Made by a program: the position numbers and the translations under genes. From Oscillospiraceae bacterium (lineage in GTDB: Bacteria; Bacillota; Clostridia; Oscillospirales; Oscillospiraceae), in assembly GCA_017535865.1 (NCBI GenBank), contig JAFXTM010000059.1, positions 40,336 through 104,335 on the forward strand: DNA of 64,000 nt. Direction: 5' to 3'. The notes beneath the pieces are model-generated. The model had not been told where the DNA came from. It saw nothing but the letters and a program-made list of their open reading frames with translations, and searched no databases. Shown here piece by piece: positions 1-9,413 of this stretch (position 1 is the stretch's first letter; the number at the start of each line of letters is the position of its first letter).

Positions 1-340
1 AGGGAAAACCGGAGGCGGCGCTGGGATAGACGCCGGCGGTGTGATCGACGAAATAGGTGTCAAGACCCGCTTTTTTGATCTCCTCCGGCGTCATTTCGCG
101 CGTGAGCTGATGGACGACCGCCGCCACCATCTCGAGGTGACCGAGCTCCTCGGTGCCGATATCGGTCAGCAGTCCTTTCAGCTCGGGGTAGGGCATGGAG
201 TAGCGCTGGCTCAGATAGCGCATGGACGCGCCGAGCTCGCCGTCCGGTCCGCCGTACTGGCTGATGATGAATTTGGCCAGTGCGGGATTCGGGGTCTGGA
301 TCTTGACCGGATACTGCAGCTTTTTCTCATAGACGAACAT
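1..340 (-). CDS. cotJC: Spore coat protein CotJC (manganese-catalase family); N-terminal part only, C-terminus lies beyond the window start
   Basis: My own minus-strand translation from the ATG at 340-338 gives MFVYEKKLQYPVKIQTPNPALAKFIISQYGGPDGELGASMRYLSQRY...TDIGTEELGHLEMV. This closely follows the B. subtilis CotJC N-terminus. It is absent from the ORF track because the window edge truncates it. It sits directly downstream of cotJA/B. Confidence 0.88.
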   Translation of the reverse strand, partial: MFVYEKKLQYPVKIQTPNPALAKFIISQYGGPDGELGASMRYLSQRYSMPYPELKGLLTDIGTEELGHLEMVAAVVHQLTREMTPEEIKKAGLDTYFVDHTAGVYPSAASGFP

Positions 341-343
341 GAC

Positions 344-787
344 TCACTTCTCCTTCCGCTGGCAATACTCCCAGGGCCAGGGGCCGCTGAGCCACGCATA
401 GCTGTCCATTCCGAGCATGTCGCTCTGCAGGATCGGGCCGCAGCGCCTGGCATAGCGCTCGCGCGCCTCCTTCTGCAGGGAGAGCATGGTCTGATAAAGC
501 GCGAAAGCCTCTTCGTCCTCCGCGTGCGTATCCAGATAGAGCTCCAGCTCATCGACGACAAAATCGATGGCCATCATCTCCGCCAGCGGGGTGGAGGGCA
601 GATCCCGGTTGACGAGCCCCATGAAGGGGAGATCGAGCCCGGGGAACAGCGTCCCGCGCAGCAGGGCGTCCTCCGCCTCATAGGCGGGCGCCGCGGAAGT
701 CTGCATCGGCACATAGGCCATGGCGAGCGGCGCGCTGCCCGGCAGACTGCCCTGGCGATATCGTTGGTCGGCATAGTTGCTGCTCAA
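344..787 (-). CDS. Fused CotJA-CotJB spore coat-associated protein
   Basis: The N-terminal half has the CotJA motif (AYVPMQ...ALLRGTLFPGLDLPF). The C-terminal half has the CotJB motif (ELELYLDTHAEDEEAF...YARRCGPI). Its stop lies 3 nt before the cotJC start. Confidence 0.8.
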   Translation of the reverse strand: MSSNYADQRYRQGSLPGSAPLAMAYVPMQTSAAPAYEAEDALLRGTLFPGLDLPFMGLVNRDLPSTPLAEMMAIDFVVDELELYLDTHAEDEEAFALYQTMLSLQKEARERYARRCGPILQSDMLGMDSYAWLSGPWPWEYCQRKEK

Positions 788-870
788 GTTGATTCCTCCT
801 GAGATGGTCTGGGACTGCGCGGCAGTCCCGTATCAGTCTATGCCGAACGGAGACGCGCGGCTAATCGCAT

Positions 871-903
871 AAAAATTGCAGGAGAGCACAGGCTCTCCTG
901 CAA
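871..903 (-). terminator. Rho-independent terminator of the SASP gene
   Basis: 12-bp stem ttgcaggagagc/gctctcctgcaa (876-887 / 892-903). On the minus strand it is followed by a T-run (aaaaa at 871-875 on plus). Confidence 0.75.
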
Positions 904-921
904 CAAAGCGCGAGGATAGGC

Positions 922-1122
922 TTACTTCATGCCGTTTTCGTAGGCCTCGATCATCTTTTTGACCATCTGACCGCCGACGGAACCGGCCTGACGGCTGGTC
1001 AGATCGCCATTGTAGCCCTCCTTCAGGTTCACACCGACCTGAGAGGCGGCCTCCATCTTGAACTTATCCATAGCCTCACGGGCGGCGGGGTTCACAAGAT
1101 GATTGCTGGAATTGGTAGACAT
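922..1122 (-). CDS. Alpha/beta-type small acid-soluble spore protein
   Basis: 66 aa with the family signature KFKMEAASQVGV...LTSRQAGSVGGQMVKKMIE. SD aaggag lies upstream on the minus strand. Confidence 0.9.
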   Translation of the reverse strand: MSTNSSNHLVNPAAREAMDKFKMEAASQVGVNLKEGYNGDLTSRQAGSVGGQMVKKMIEAYENGMK

Positions 1123-1163
1123 AGCCTTGCATCTCCTTTCATCGAATTGGGTTTTGCCCCGCG

Positions 1164-1196
1164 TCTATTTTTTGCGGAAAAGGCGGATATATTCCG
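1164..1196 (-). promoter_or_regulatory. Possible forespore (sigma-G/F-type) promoter of the SASP gene
   Basis: The minus strand reads GAATA-(15-17 nt)-CAAAAAATA about 45 nt upstream of the SD. This resembles the GHATR / CAHWHTA consensus. Motif match only. Confidence 0.3.
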
Positions 1197-1233
1197 GCAA
1201 AAACAGGAAGGAGAGGCACGGAACAGGATGCGC

Positions 1234-1262
1234 TTGCCAAAGCGGGACCGCTATGGTAAAAT
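1234..1262 (+). promoter_or_regulatory. Sigma-A-type promoter for trxA
   Basis: TTGCCA (1234-1239), 17-nt spacer, TAAAAT (1257-1262), preceded by TGg (extended -10). Confidence 0.5.
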
Positions 1263-1385
1263 CAAATCGAAAAAGGCGGATCGACCGTACACGCGGAATG
1301 GAAAAACGTGCGCCCGGCAACACTAAGCCTGTGCGATCCTTGCGCATTTTATGCGTATGCTTGTGATAACAGAAAGGAGATAATT

Positions 1386-1697
1386 ATGTCAGAGATCGTT
1401 TTGACGGCAGAAAATTTTGAGGAAGAAGTGCTGAAGTCCGAGATCCCGGTGCTCGTCGATTTCTGGGCGACCTGGTGCGGCCCCTGCCGTATGCTCGCTC
1501 CGACGATCGCGAAGATCGCCGAGGAACAGAGCGGCGTTATCAAGGTCGGAAAGGTGGATGTGGACGAGCAGCCGGAGCTGGCCGTGCGCTACGGCATCGC
1601 CAGCATCCCTACGCTGATGGTTTTCAAAAACGGTGAAGTTGTGAAAACCTCGATCGGCGTCATCCCCAAACCTGCGATCGAAGCGCTTTTCGCCTGA
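1386..1697 (+). CDS. trxA: Thioredoxin
   Basis: 103 aa with the WCGPC active site ([14 protein letters not shown]). SD aaaggag lies 7 nt upstream of the ATG at 1386. The longer ORF from 1308 lacks an RBS. Confidence 0.95.
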   Translation: MSEIVLTAENFEEEVLKSEIPVLVDFWATWCGPCRMLAPTIAKIAEEQSGVIKVGKVDVDEQPELAVRYGIASIPTLMVFKNGEVVKTSIGVIPKPAIEALFA

Positions 1698-1713
1698 GGG
1701 TACAACAGAAAGC

Positions 1714-1752
1714 GAAAACCCGCTCAAACCGAAAGGCTTGAGCGGGCTTTTT
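1714..1752. terminator. Bidirectional rho-independent terminator between convergent trxA and acnX genes
   Basis: Stem cccgctcaa/ttgagcggg (1719-1727 / 1738-1746), flanked by an A-run upstream and a T-run downstream. Confidence 0.8.
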
Positions 1753-1758
1753 GCGCCG

Positions 1759-2208
1759 TCACTCGTCGCTGATCTCCACGATCCCGTCCTCCTTGATCTC
1801 CACGGTCATACCGTCTTTCACCGTGTTCAAAAACTCATCTCCGAGCTTGTCCACGACAGGCATGTTCGCGTCTGTCCAATAGGCGGCCAGGATCGCCCCG
1901 GCTGCGGCCAGGGAGTCAATGTGCTTGGAGAAGAGCAGGCAGGCCGGCTGCTTGCCGGTGGCGCAGACCGTATAGAGTGCCATGCCCCCGGTGGTCGAGC
2001 CGATGGTCTCGGGCAGGCAGAGCGCTTTGCCGAGCATGGATTTCTGATAGAGATCGGGGTTGTTCTGGTCGCTGCAGCGGACCTTTTTGTCACCGAGCAG
2101 CATGGGCGTCTGAAAACTGGCCAGCGTGTTGAAGCCGCCGTGGGAGACAAGCGCCTCCGCCTTGGCCGTCCCGGCTGTCACGACACGCCCCTGAAAAGTC
2201 TTTTTCAT
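1759..2208 (-). CDS. Aconitase X swivel-domain subunit (DUF126; small subunit of an AcnX-type dehydratase)
   Basis: 149 aa, with GRVVTAGTAKAEALVS...GFNTL...LCLPETIGSTTGG typical of DUF126/AcnX small subunits. It is paired with the DUF521 gene immediately upstream. Confidence 0.75.
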   Translation of the reverse strand: MKKTFQGRVVTAGTAKAEALVSHGGFNTLASFQTPMLLGDKKVRCSDQNNPDLYQKSMLGKALCLPETIGSTTGGMALYTVCATGKQPACLLFSKHIDSLAAAGAILAAYWTDANMPVVDKLGDEFLNTVKDGMTVEIKEDGIVEISDE

Positions 2209-2220
2209 GCAGCGCCTCCT

Positions 2221-3486
2221 TTAGCCTGTGATCATGTCCAGGATCTCCGCCTCGGGATAGAAACGCGCGCTGGAGTAAGTGCGCAGCTTGTTCGAGGAGG
2301 TGATGACCGGCATGGATTTGCAGAGCGGGTTGTTCATATACATGAGGGGGCAGATCGAACTGGTGTGAACGCCCATCCGCCTGAGCCGCTCGGACTGCAT
2401 GGTTTCTCCGAAGGCTTTGAGGACGGCAGGCGCCGCGGTGAATACCGTGGGGATCGCGACCTTGCTGCGGCCCTTTGCCTTGAGCGTGTCCTCCACGCGA
2501 TCGGTCCATTCGACGAGCTGGCTGAGCGTCATGTGCGGACAGCCCATGAAGCAGAGCTTCGGCTTCGCGTCCAGATCCTTCCAGATACAGGGATAGCTGT
2601 TCTTGACACGCTCGATCTCCGCGTCGTCGACGACGTAGACCGGCGCGCCTTCCCGGATCAGGCTCTCCCCAAAGTCCACCGCCTCAGGCGTCAGGCTTTC
2701 GATGTGATAGAGCCCGACCGAGCCGTTGGAGGCCGTCGCCGCGCCGAAATCCTTCAGATAGGCGCAGACCTTGTCGTTGAGCTCCGTACCGAGCCATTTG
2801 TCGAGTCCCTTGACATAGGGGACCTTCTCCATGACCTTCATGCCGACCGCGGAGCCGAAGAGCTGGGCGTCCGGCAGCGTGGAGGTTTTGAGTTCCACGA
2901 TCCAGTCCGCTTTGCGGCCGTCGTCGGTCAGAAGACCGAATTCCGGGATCAGACCGGCGATGGAGCCCATGAGCTCGATGATGCCCGAGTTGCGGTTGCA
3001 GCGCGCTCCGAGAACGGAGTTGGCGTAGACGACGGCGGAGGACTCTGCCCAGGAGAGAATGTCACCGCGCTTGGGTGTGTTGCCGACCTGCGGAAGATAA
3101 CAGGTGCAGGTATAGGCGTCGTCGGAGAGGATGCCGAAACGGCGCACCTGCTCCTCATAGCGCTCCTGCTGGCTGTACATGATGTCAAAGAGCAGGTTCT
3201 GTACGGGATTGGCCGGCACGTTTTTCTTGTCGACCGGCCGCGGATCGGCGCTGAACCGTTGGCGACTGATCTCGTTTTCCGAAAGGATCTTGTCGTAGAG
3301 CTCATAAACGGGTTTCATGATCCCGAGCCCGAAGCTGATGACCGTGTGGCCATATTCGCTCGTGACGGGCACCAGCCGCTCGGCATCAAAGGCATCGCCG
3401 TAGGCTACGAGCGTTTGCATGACCTTGGCCATGGTCTCGCCGCGGGAACCGTTGAGGACGTCCTGCTGTTCCTTTGTCAGAAGCAA
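2221..3486 (-). CDS. Aconitase X catalytic-domain subunit (DUF521; large subunit)
   Basis: 421 aa; the N-terminus MLLTKEQQDVLNGSRGETMAKVMQTLVAYGDAF is typical of DUF521. The two-gene AcnX arrangement resembles cis-3-hydroxy-L-proline or mevalonate-5-P dehydratase family members. Confidence 0.78.
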   Translation of the reverse strand: MLLTKEQQDVLNGSRGETMAKVMQTLVAYGDAFDAERLVPVTSEYGHTVISFGLGIMKPVYELYDKILSENEISRQRFSADPRPVDKKNVPANPVQNLLFDIMYSQQERYEEQVRRFGILSDDAYTCTCYLPQVGNTPKRGDILSWAESSAVVYANSVLGARCNRNSGIIELMGSIAGLIPEFGLLTDDGRKADWIVELKTSTLPDAQLFGSAVGMKVMEKVPYVKGLDKWLGTELNDKVCAYLKDFGAATASNGSVGLYHIESLTPEAVDFGESLIREGAPVYVVDDAEIERVKNSYPCIWKDLDAKPKLCFMGCPHMTLSQLVEWTDRVEDTLKAKGRSKVAIPTVFTAAPAVLKAFGETMQSERLRRMGVHTSSICPLMYMNNPLCKSMPVITSSNKLRTYSSARFYPEAEILDMITG

Positions 3487-3642
3487 GCTGCTTCACTCCT
3501 TTCCGTATTCTTTCCAGCCGCTGCGAAGACGGCTGACAACCGGATGAACTGTGTGTGCTCCTATATAATAAGTGTATGTCTTTTCCTCTTTTCCTGTCAA
3601 GAGCAATTCGCTTTTTTGTGCTTGGTTTATGAAACTTTTTAG

Positions 3643-3659
3643 TTGTAAATTATTTACAA
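3643..3659. promoter_or_regulatory. Perfect 8-1-8 palindrome, candidate operator
   Basis: TTGTAAAT-T-ATTTACAA, located in the divergent acnX / sugar-ABC intergenic region. Confidence 0.35.
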
Positions 3660-3718
3660 AAAAACGATGTAAAACAAGTGCATGTTGTACTAAACAAATA
3701 CTTAAATAGAATATTATC

Positions 3719-3747
3719 TTGACATTCGGTCCTGATATTCATAAAAT
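3719..3747 (+). promoter_or_regulatory. Sigma-A-type promoter of the sugar ABC operon
   Basis: TTGACA (3719-3724), 17-nt spacer, TAAAAT (3742-3747). It leaves a leader of about 185 nt. Confidence 0.55.
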
Positions 3748-3936
3748 TGAAACAGTATGAGGCAAGCAAGCGTAAACGATTAAGCAAGCTGGAGAGAGCG
3801 TGATCTGTCCGGTGATCCCGCATCCGGAAAACGCGCTGTCTTTCTTGCCTAAATCCCGTTTATCGCGTCCCGTTCTTTCGGTGATTGGCAGGGATACCTG
3901 CAAATAATAATCACAATTCCTGAAGGAGGAGAAAAA

Positions 3937-4992
3937 ATGAAAAAGCTCATCGCACTTACCCTGGCACTGATCATGGTTTTTGCTTTGGCGAACATGGCGT
4001 CCGCTGACGGCGCCAAGAAGGTTGGCGTTGCGATGCCCACCGAAAGCCTGCAGCGCTGGAACCAGGATGGCGCCAACATGAAGGCCCAGCTGGAAGAGGC
4101 TGGTTATGAAGTCGACCTGCAGTATGCCAACAACGACGTGGCCCTCCAGGTGAGCCAGATTGAGAACATGATTCTCAACGGCGCGGATGTTCTGGTCGTT
4201 GCCTCCATCGATGGCGGCGCTCTTGACACCGTTCTCGCGCAGGCAAAGGAAGCCGGCATCCCCGTCATCGCGTATGACCGTCTGCTGACCGGCACGCTGA
4301 ATGTTGATTACTACACCACGTTCGACAACTACGGCGTCGGCACCATTCAGGGCACCTACGTGAAGGAAGCGCTGGATCTGGACAATGCGGAAGGCCCGTT
4401 CACCATTGAGTTCACCGCCGGTTCTCCCGACGACAACAACGCCGGCCTGTTCTTCAAGGGCGCGTATGACGTCCTGGCCCCCTACATCGACGAGGGCAAG
4501 CTGGTCATCAAGTCCGGCCAGACCGAGTTCGAGCAGGTTGCCACTCCCGCCTGGAAGTCTGAGACCGCTCAGGCCCGTATGGACAACATCCTGACCGCCT
4601 TCTATTCCGACGGCACCAAGCTGGATGTCGCTCTGTGCTCCAACGACTCCACCGCTCTGGGCGTTACCAACTCTCTGATCAGCTTCGGCCTCTCCGCTGA
4701 GGAGATGCCCATCATCACCGGCCAGGACTGCGACATCCCCAACACCAAGAACATGATCAAGGGCCTGCAGTCCATGTCCGTGTTCAAAGACACCCGTACG
4801 CTGGCCGAGCAGACCGTGAAGATGGTCGGCGACCTGCTGGAGGGCAATGTTCCCGAGACCAACGCCACCTATGACAACGGCGTGATGGAAGTTCCTTCCT
4901 TCAACTGCACGCCCGTCTTCGCTGACGTGAACAACTACGAGGCTCTGCTGCTCGACTCCGGTTACTACACCGCCGATCAGCTGGCTGACTGA
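3937..4992 (+). CDS. Sugar ABC transporter substrate-binding protein (ChvE / multiple-monosaccharide type)
   Basis: 351 aa with an N-terminal signal peptide. The periplasmic-binding fold-I sequence KKVGVAMPTESLQRWNQDG...ADVLVVASIDGGAL...IPVIAYDRL resembles ChvE/XylF-like proteins. SD ggaggag is present. Confidence 0.85.
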   Translation: MKKLIALTLALIMVFALANMASADGAKKVGVAMPTESLQRWNQDGANMKAQLEEAGYEVDLQYANNDVALQVSQIENMILNGADVLVVASIDGGALDTVLAQAKEAGIPVIAYDRLLTGTLNVDYYTTFDNYGVGTIQGTYVKEALDLDNAEGPFTIEFTAGSPDDNNAGLFFKGAYDVLAPYIDEGKLVIKSGQTEFEQVATPAWKSETAQARMDNILTAFYSDGTKLDVALCSNDSTALGVTNSLISFGLSAEEMPIITGQDCDIPNTKNMIKGLQSMSVFKDTRTLAEQTVKMVGDLLEGNVPETNATYDNGVMEVPSFNCTPVFADVNNYEALLLDSGYYTADQLAD

Positions 4993-5017
4993 TTGACCCG
5001 GCAAAAGAATCAAGCAG

Positions 5018-5055
5018 ATCGGGGACGGACGAACTTCGTCCGTTCCCGATTTTTG
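5018..5055 (+). terminator. Intra-operon hairpin plus T-run (attenuating terminator after the binding-protein gene)
   Basis: Stem atcggggacggacg/tcgtccgttcccgat with one mismatch, followed by tttt. Confidence 0.6.
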
Positions 5056-5113
5056 AGTTCCCGATTAATTAACTGTTCGGATGAATTATTCATCGCAGAA
5101 GGGGGTAGTGCGT

Positions 5114-6697
5114 TTGGGCAACATCCTTCTCGAAATGAGAAATATTACCAAGCTCTTCCCGGGTGTAAAGGCGCTGGATGAAGTGAATATCCAGGTCGAA
5201 GAGGGGGAAATCCATGCGCTGTGCGGAGAAAACGGCGCCGGAAAATCCACTCTTATGAAGGTGCTCAGCGGGATCCATCCTTTTGGCACCTACGAGGGAG
5301 ACATCATTTATCAGGGGACGGAATGCCGTTTCAAGACCATCAAGGACAGCGAGCGGAAAGGTATCGTCATTATCCATCAGGAACTGGCGCTGGTTCCGTA
5401 TCTGAGCATTGCCGAGAACATGTTCCTGGGCAATGAGCAGATCAAGCACAAAGGCGTCATCGACTGGGACAAGACCAACTCCGAATGCGCCAAGTACCTG
5501 AGGATGGTTGGTCTGCATGAGAACCCCAGGACGCTGATCAAGGACATCGGTGTAGGCAAACAGCAGCTGGTGGAGATTGCGAAGGCGCTGGCCAAAAACG
5601 TCAAGTTGTTGATCCTGGACGAGCCCACCTCATCCTTGAATGAGCAGGACGCCAAGAACCTGCTGGACATGCTGATCCGCTTCAAAGGAGAGGGAATAAC
5701 CAGTATCCTGATCTCGCACAAGCTGAATGAGATCAGCTACTGTTCCGATAAGATCACGATCATCCGCGACGGCAAGACCATTGAGACGCTTGTCAAGGGT
5801 AAGGATGAGATCAGTGAGCCGCGGATCATCCGCGGTATGGTCGGCCGTGAAATGAAGAACCGTTTCCCCGCGCGGGAGCACAACATTGGGGACGTATCGC
5901 TGGAGATCCGCGACTGGACCGTATTTCATCCGCTGTTTACCGAGCGGAAAGTGGTCGACAATGTTTCCATCACGCTCCGCAAGGGCGAGGTCGTGGGCAT
6001 CTCCGGCCTGATCGGCGCCGGGCGGACGGAGCTATGCATGTCCGTTTTCGGCCATGCATACGGACACAATATCAGCGGCCGCCTGCTGCTTGACGGCAAG
6101 GAGATCCATTTGAACGATATCCCGAGCGCCATTGAGCACGGCATCATGTATGTCACCGAGGACCGCAAGGGCGACGGCCTTATCATCAGCGACAGCATCA
6201 AACATAACATTTCGCTGTCCAGACCGGCCTTTATTGCCAAAAACGGCGTCATCGACCAGGATCTGGAAGCGATCAAGGGCAAGGCGTTCAGCGCCGAGCT
6301 CGGTGTCAAGACGCCTACGATCGAACAGCTTGTGGGCAACCTGTCCGGCGGCAACCAGCAAAAAGTGCTTCTGGCCAAGGCCCTGTTTGCCGAACCGGAT
6401 ATCCTGATGCTGGATGAGCCCACGCGCGGCGTGGATGTCGGCGCCAAGTATGAGATCTATGAGATCATCAACAAGATGGTTGAAAACGGTAAGTCCGTGC
6501 TGATGATCTCATCCGAGCTTCCGGAGCTTCTTGGCATGGCCGACCGCATCTATGTCATGAACGAAGGCCATCTCGTGGCGGAACTGCCAAACGACGGGAC
6601 TGCCACACAGGAAAAGATCATGGGGTATATTCTGAGAGACAGCAACCGGGAGATTTCGGATACCCAGAATCAGACCGAGGGGGTAACGCAGGAATGA
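5114..6697 (+). CDS. Sugar ABC transporter ATP-binding protein (GguA/MglA type, duplicated ABC domains)
   Basis: Two Walker A / signature / Walker B sets (GENGAGKST...LILDEPT; second signature LSGGNQQK...LMLDEPT). Start is uncertain: TTG 5114 lies 8 nt after SD gaaggggg, but the ORF is open from ATG 5081. Confidence 0.9.
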   Translation: MGNILLEMRNITKLFPGVKALDEVNIQVEEGEIHALCGENGAGKSTLMKVLSGIHPFGTYEGDIIYQGTECRFKTIKDSERKGIVIIHQELALVPYLSIAENMFLGNEQIKHKGVIDWDKTNSECAKYLRMVGLHENPRTLIKDIGVGKQQLVEIAKALAKNVKLLILDEPTSSLNEQDAKNLLDMLIRFKGEGITSILISHKLNEISYCSDKITIIRDGKTIETLVKGKDEISEPRIIRGMVGREMKNRFPAREHNIGDVSLEIRDWTVFHPLFTERKVVDNVSITLRKGEVVGISGLIGAGRTELCMSVFGHAYGHNISGRLLLDGKEIHLNDIPSAIEHGIMYVTEDRKGDGLIISDSIKHNISLSRPAFIAKNGVIDQDLEAIKGKAFSAELGVKTPTIEQLVGNLSGGNQQKVLLAKALFAEPDILMLDEPTRGVDVGAKYEIYEIINKMVENGKSVLMISSELPELLGMADRIYVMNEGHLVAELPNDGTATQEKIMGYILRDSNREISDTQNQTEGVTQE

Positions 6698-7932
6698 AAA
6701 AGAAACTGCAGAGCGGGAACCTGAAGGAGATGAGCATGCTCATCGCCCTGATCATCATCATTGTTCTCTTTGCGATCCTCACCAAGGGCACGCTGCTGAG
6801 ACCGATGAACATCGCAAACCTCATCAACCAGAACGCCTATGTCGTGATTCTGGCCTGTGGTATGCTTTTGTGCATCCTGACCGGCGGCAACATCGACCTG
6901 AGCGTCGGCTCCACGGTGGCGCTTGTCGGCGCCTGTGCGGGTACCTTTATCATCACCTGGAAGTGGAACCCCTATCTGAGCATCGTGCTGTGCCTGCTGG
7001 TCGGCATCGCGCTCGGTGTATGGCAGGGCTTCTGGATCGCCTATGTGGGGATCCCGCCCTTCATCTGCACACTGAGCGGCATGCTGGTATTTCGCGGCAT
7101 CACGCTGCTGATCCTGAAGGGCTTGACGCTGGCCCCCTTCCCGACGGCTTATACGCAGCTGTCGACCGGCTTTATCCCCGATATCCGGGCAGAAGGGATC
7201 ACCTTGTTCGGTACAAAGCTGAATCTCCTGTGCATCCTGGTGGGCGTGGTGATCGCAGTCGCCTATGTGGTCCTGCAGCTGAAAAACAACGCGACCAGAA
7301 AGAAAAAGGGCTACGAGACGGAACCGCTGGTCAGCATGCTGATCAAGATGGTCATTATCTGCGCGGCTATCCTCGCCGTGTTCTGGAAGCTCGCACAGCA
7401 TAAGGGCATCCCCACCGTTCTGATTATTCTGGGCATTCTGCTCCTGGTCTACAATTTCATCACGCAGAAGACGGTGATGGGCCGTCATCTGTATGCCATC
7501 GGCGGCAACAAAAAAGCCGCGGAGCTCTCCGGTGTCAAGACCAAGAAGATGATGTTCCTGGCCTATACCAACATGAGCTTCATCGCTGCCATTGCAGGCC
7601 TGGTTTTCGCCGCCCGCCTGAACAGCTCAAGCCCGGTTGCCGGTCAGAGCTTTGAGATGGACGCGATTGCCAGCTGCTTTATCGGCGGCGCCTCCGCCTA
7701 CGGCGGCACGGGCACGATCGGCGGCGCGCTGATCGGTGCGCTGATTATGGGCACGCTGAACAACGGCATGTCCATCATGGGCATTTCCTCCAACACCCAG
7801 CAGGTCGTCAAAGGCCTGGTGCTTCTGATCGCCGTTGCCATCGACGTGCTCGGCAAGAGCAACTTCAACCTGTCCGGGATCAAGGCGATGTTCTCCGGCA
7901 AGGCCAAAACCGCCGAAAAGAAAAGTACCTGA
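6694..7932 (+). CDS. Sugar ABC transporter permease (GguB/XylH type)
   Basis: 412 aa, multi-TM. It overlaps the upstream stop by 4 nt (ATGA). The conserved [12 protein letters not shown] motif marks this permease family. Confidence 0.85.
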   Translation: MKKKLQSGNLKEMSMLIALIIIIVLFAILTKGTLLRPMNIANLINQNAYVVILACGMLLCILTGGNIDLSVGSTVALVGACAGTFIITWKWNPYLSIVLCLLVGIALGVWQGFWIAYVGIPPFICTLSGMLVFRGITLLILKGLTLAPFPTAYTQLSTGFIPDIRAEGITLFGTKLNLLCILVGVVIAVAYVVLQLKNNATRKKKGYETEPLVSMLIKMVIICAAILAVFWKLAQHKGIPTVLIILGILLLVYNFITQKTVMGRHLYAIGGNKKAAELSGVKTKKMMFLAYTNMSFIAAIAGLVFAARLNSSSPVAGQSFEMDAIASCFIGGASAYGGTGTIGGALIGALIMGTLNNGMSIMGISSNTQQVVKGLVLLIAVAIDVLGKSNFNLSGIKAMFSGKAKTAEKKST

Positions 7933-7958
7933 CAGCCGGCGGCATGGTTCATCTCACA

Positions 7959-7991
7959 CAGCGCAGCGTCCTCCGGGCGCTGCGCTTTTTC
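7959..7991 (+). terminator. Rho-independent terminator of the sugar ABC operon
   Basis: Stem gcgcagcg/cgctgcgc (7961-7968 / 7978-7985) followed by ttttt. Confidence 0.75.
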
Positions 7992-8003
7992 GGAGGGACA
8001 GCG

Positions 8004-8501
8004 ATGAAAAACAAAGAAGGGACCTTAGACGATCCGACTATGCAGCAAACGGGTATGAGCAGCGCCGCGCAGCGCTGTGTTGATTCCATGCGTGCGCTGC
8101 GGGAGCGTTATCTTGACAAGGTGACCGAACTGGAGCGTGAGCGCAAGCCGGGCGAGGGTATTTTCGGCATGAGAGGCGGCCCGGCGGATGATCCCTGCCA
8201 CGACCGCTATGCCGAGGACCTGGCCGCGCTGCTCGGAGGCTTCCTGGCTGAAGAGCCGGACTCCTCCCAGGTACGGCTTGTTCTGGAGGAGCTCTATGCG
8301 GCACCGCCGAAGACCGGCGTGCCGAAAAGCGCCTATTGGATGCTGATCGCCGTGCAGGGCCTGTGCCCGGAGCTGATCGAGCACCTGAACGCAGAGGACG
8401 CCAAAGCGCTGGAAGCATCCTATGCCGCTGCCTTTCGACGCTGGGAGCGTATGCCGGCGCAGCAGAAGACTCTCAAAGCGCTGCAGAGAAGAGCCCGTTA
8501 G
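8004..8501 (+). CDS. Hypothetical protein (helical, no recognisable family)
   Basis: ATG 8004 lies 5 nt after SD ggaggga and after the upstream terminator. The ORF-track start at 7944 would overlap that terminator. Confidence 0.5.
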   Translation: MKNKEGTLDDPTMQQTGMSSAAQRCVDSMRALRERYLDKVTELERERKPGEGIFGMRGGPADDPCHDRYAEDLAALLGGFLAEEPDSSQVRLVLEELYAAPPKTGVPKSAYWMLIAVQGLCPELIEHLNAEDAKALEASYAAAFRRWERMPAQQKTLKALQRRAR

Positions 8502-8504
8502 GGG

Positions 8505-8551
8505 AAAAGCAAACGAGCGGACCGGAAACCGGTGCGCTCGTTTGCCTTTTG
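8505..8551. terminator. Bidirectional terminator between convergent genes
   Basis: Stem gcaaacgagcg/cgctcgtttgc (8509-8519 / 8535-8545), with A-run and T-run flanks. Confidence 0.75.
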
Positions 8552-8556
8552 ATATA

Positions 8557-9102
8557 TTAAAGTGCGCAGGATTGGTACGGGACGCCGTCGAGATCTTTCC
8601 ACAGGATCTCCCGGTCGGTCAGCAGGATATAGCCGCGGGGGCTTTCGTTTTTCGGAAGAGCGACCGAGCCGGGGTTGAGATACAGATTCCCATCACCGAA
8701 GCTCTCCCGGCACGGGACGTGGGTGTGGCCGTGCAGCAGGATATCGCCGGGATACAGCGGCGGCGGGGAGACGGTGTTGAACACATGTCCGTGCGTGGCG
8801 AAAATAGTCCGTCCGCCCGCAAAAAGCAGGCAGTATTCTGCCATCATCGGGAAATCCAGCACCATCTGATCTATCTCCGCATCGCAATTGCCGCGCACGC
8901 CAAGGACTGACGGGGCGCAGGCGTTGAGCTGCGCGGCGACCTCCCGGGGCGCATAGCCGTCCGGCAGATCATTGCGCGGCCCGTGATAGAGGATATCGCC
9001 AAGCAGCAGGAGCCGCTCGGCACCCTCCCTCCGGAACGCATCGAGGAGCTGCCCGCAGTAGAGAGCTGAGCCGTGGATATCGGAAGCGACAAGGATCCTC
9101 AT
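8557..9102 (-). CDS. YfcE-family metallophosphoesterase / phosphodiesterase
   Basis: MRILVASDIHGS...LLLGDILYHGPRN...VRGNCD...THGH...LHGHTH are the calcineurin-like / MJ0936 family motifs. Confidence 0.8.
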   Translation of the reverse strand: MRILVASDIHGSALYCGQLLDAFRREGAERLLLLGDILYHGPRNDLPDGYAPREVAAQLNACAPSVLGVRGNCDAEIDQMVLDFPMMAEYCLLFAGGRTIFATHGHVFNTVSPPPLYPGDILLHGHTHVPCRESFGDGNLYLNPGSVALPKNESPRGYILLTDREILWKDLDGVPYQSCAL

Positions 9103-9136
9103 GCCATATTCTCCTTCATCTTAATAATTTTTAATT

Positions 9137-9165
9137 ATTATACAGGACGGCAGGGGACTTGTCAA
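9137..9165 (-). promoter_or_regulatory. Consensus sigma-A promoter for the phosphodiesterase gene
   Basis: The minus strand reads TTGACA (9165-9160), 17 nt, TATAAT (9142-9137). Confidence 0.55.
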
Positions 9166-9187
9166 AGAGCCCCATAAATGCTAATAT
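9159..9187 (+). promoter_or_regulatory. Plus-strand promoter sharing its -35 with the divergent promoter
   Basis: TTGTCA (9159-9164), 17 nt, TAATAT (9182-9187). Its -35 hexamer overlaps the minus-strand TTGACA. Confidence 0.4.
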
Positions 9188-9384
9188 GGATATGTAAACT
9201 GGAGAGAAAGGGAAGCGTGGCTTCGCAAGAAAAGCTTCGCATGCGAGAAACTGCTCAAACCCATTTGCCGCCGGGCTTTTTTTAAATCGGATGCAGCATC
9301 CGGTCCCGGCGCATGAGGGATCGTGGGAGTTTCCATAATTTTTGGGATGCACTCGATTTTTTAAATATTTTTTGTTTTTCCCTC

Positions 9385-9413
9385 TTGCATTCTGAACGAG
9401 TATGTCATATAAT
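9385..9413 (+). promoter_or_regulatory. Sigma-A-type promoter proximal to the LysM gene
   Basis: TTGCAT (9385-9390), 17 nt, TATAAT (9408-9413). Confidence 0.55.

Noticed and set aside
3937-4011. The sugar-binding protein lacks a lipobox cysteine (signal MKKLIALTLALIMVFALANMASADG). This could hint at a diderm envelope.
   Set aside because: A type-I signal or an uncleaved N-terminal anchor is a sufficient explanation. Other exported proteins here do carry lipoboxes, such as CotH with LLTAC. Nothing else in the window indicates an outer membrane.
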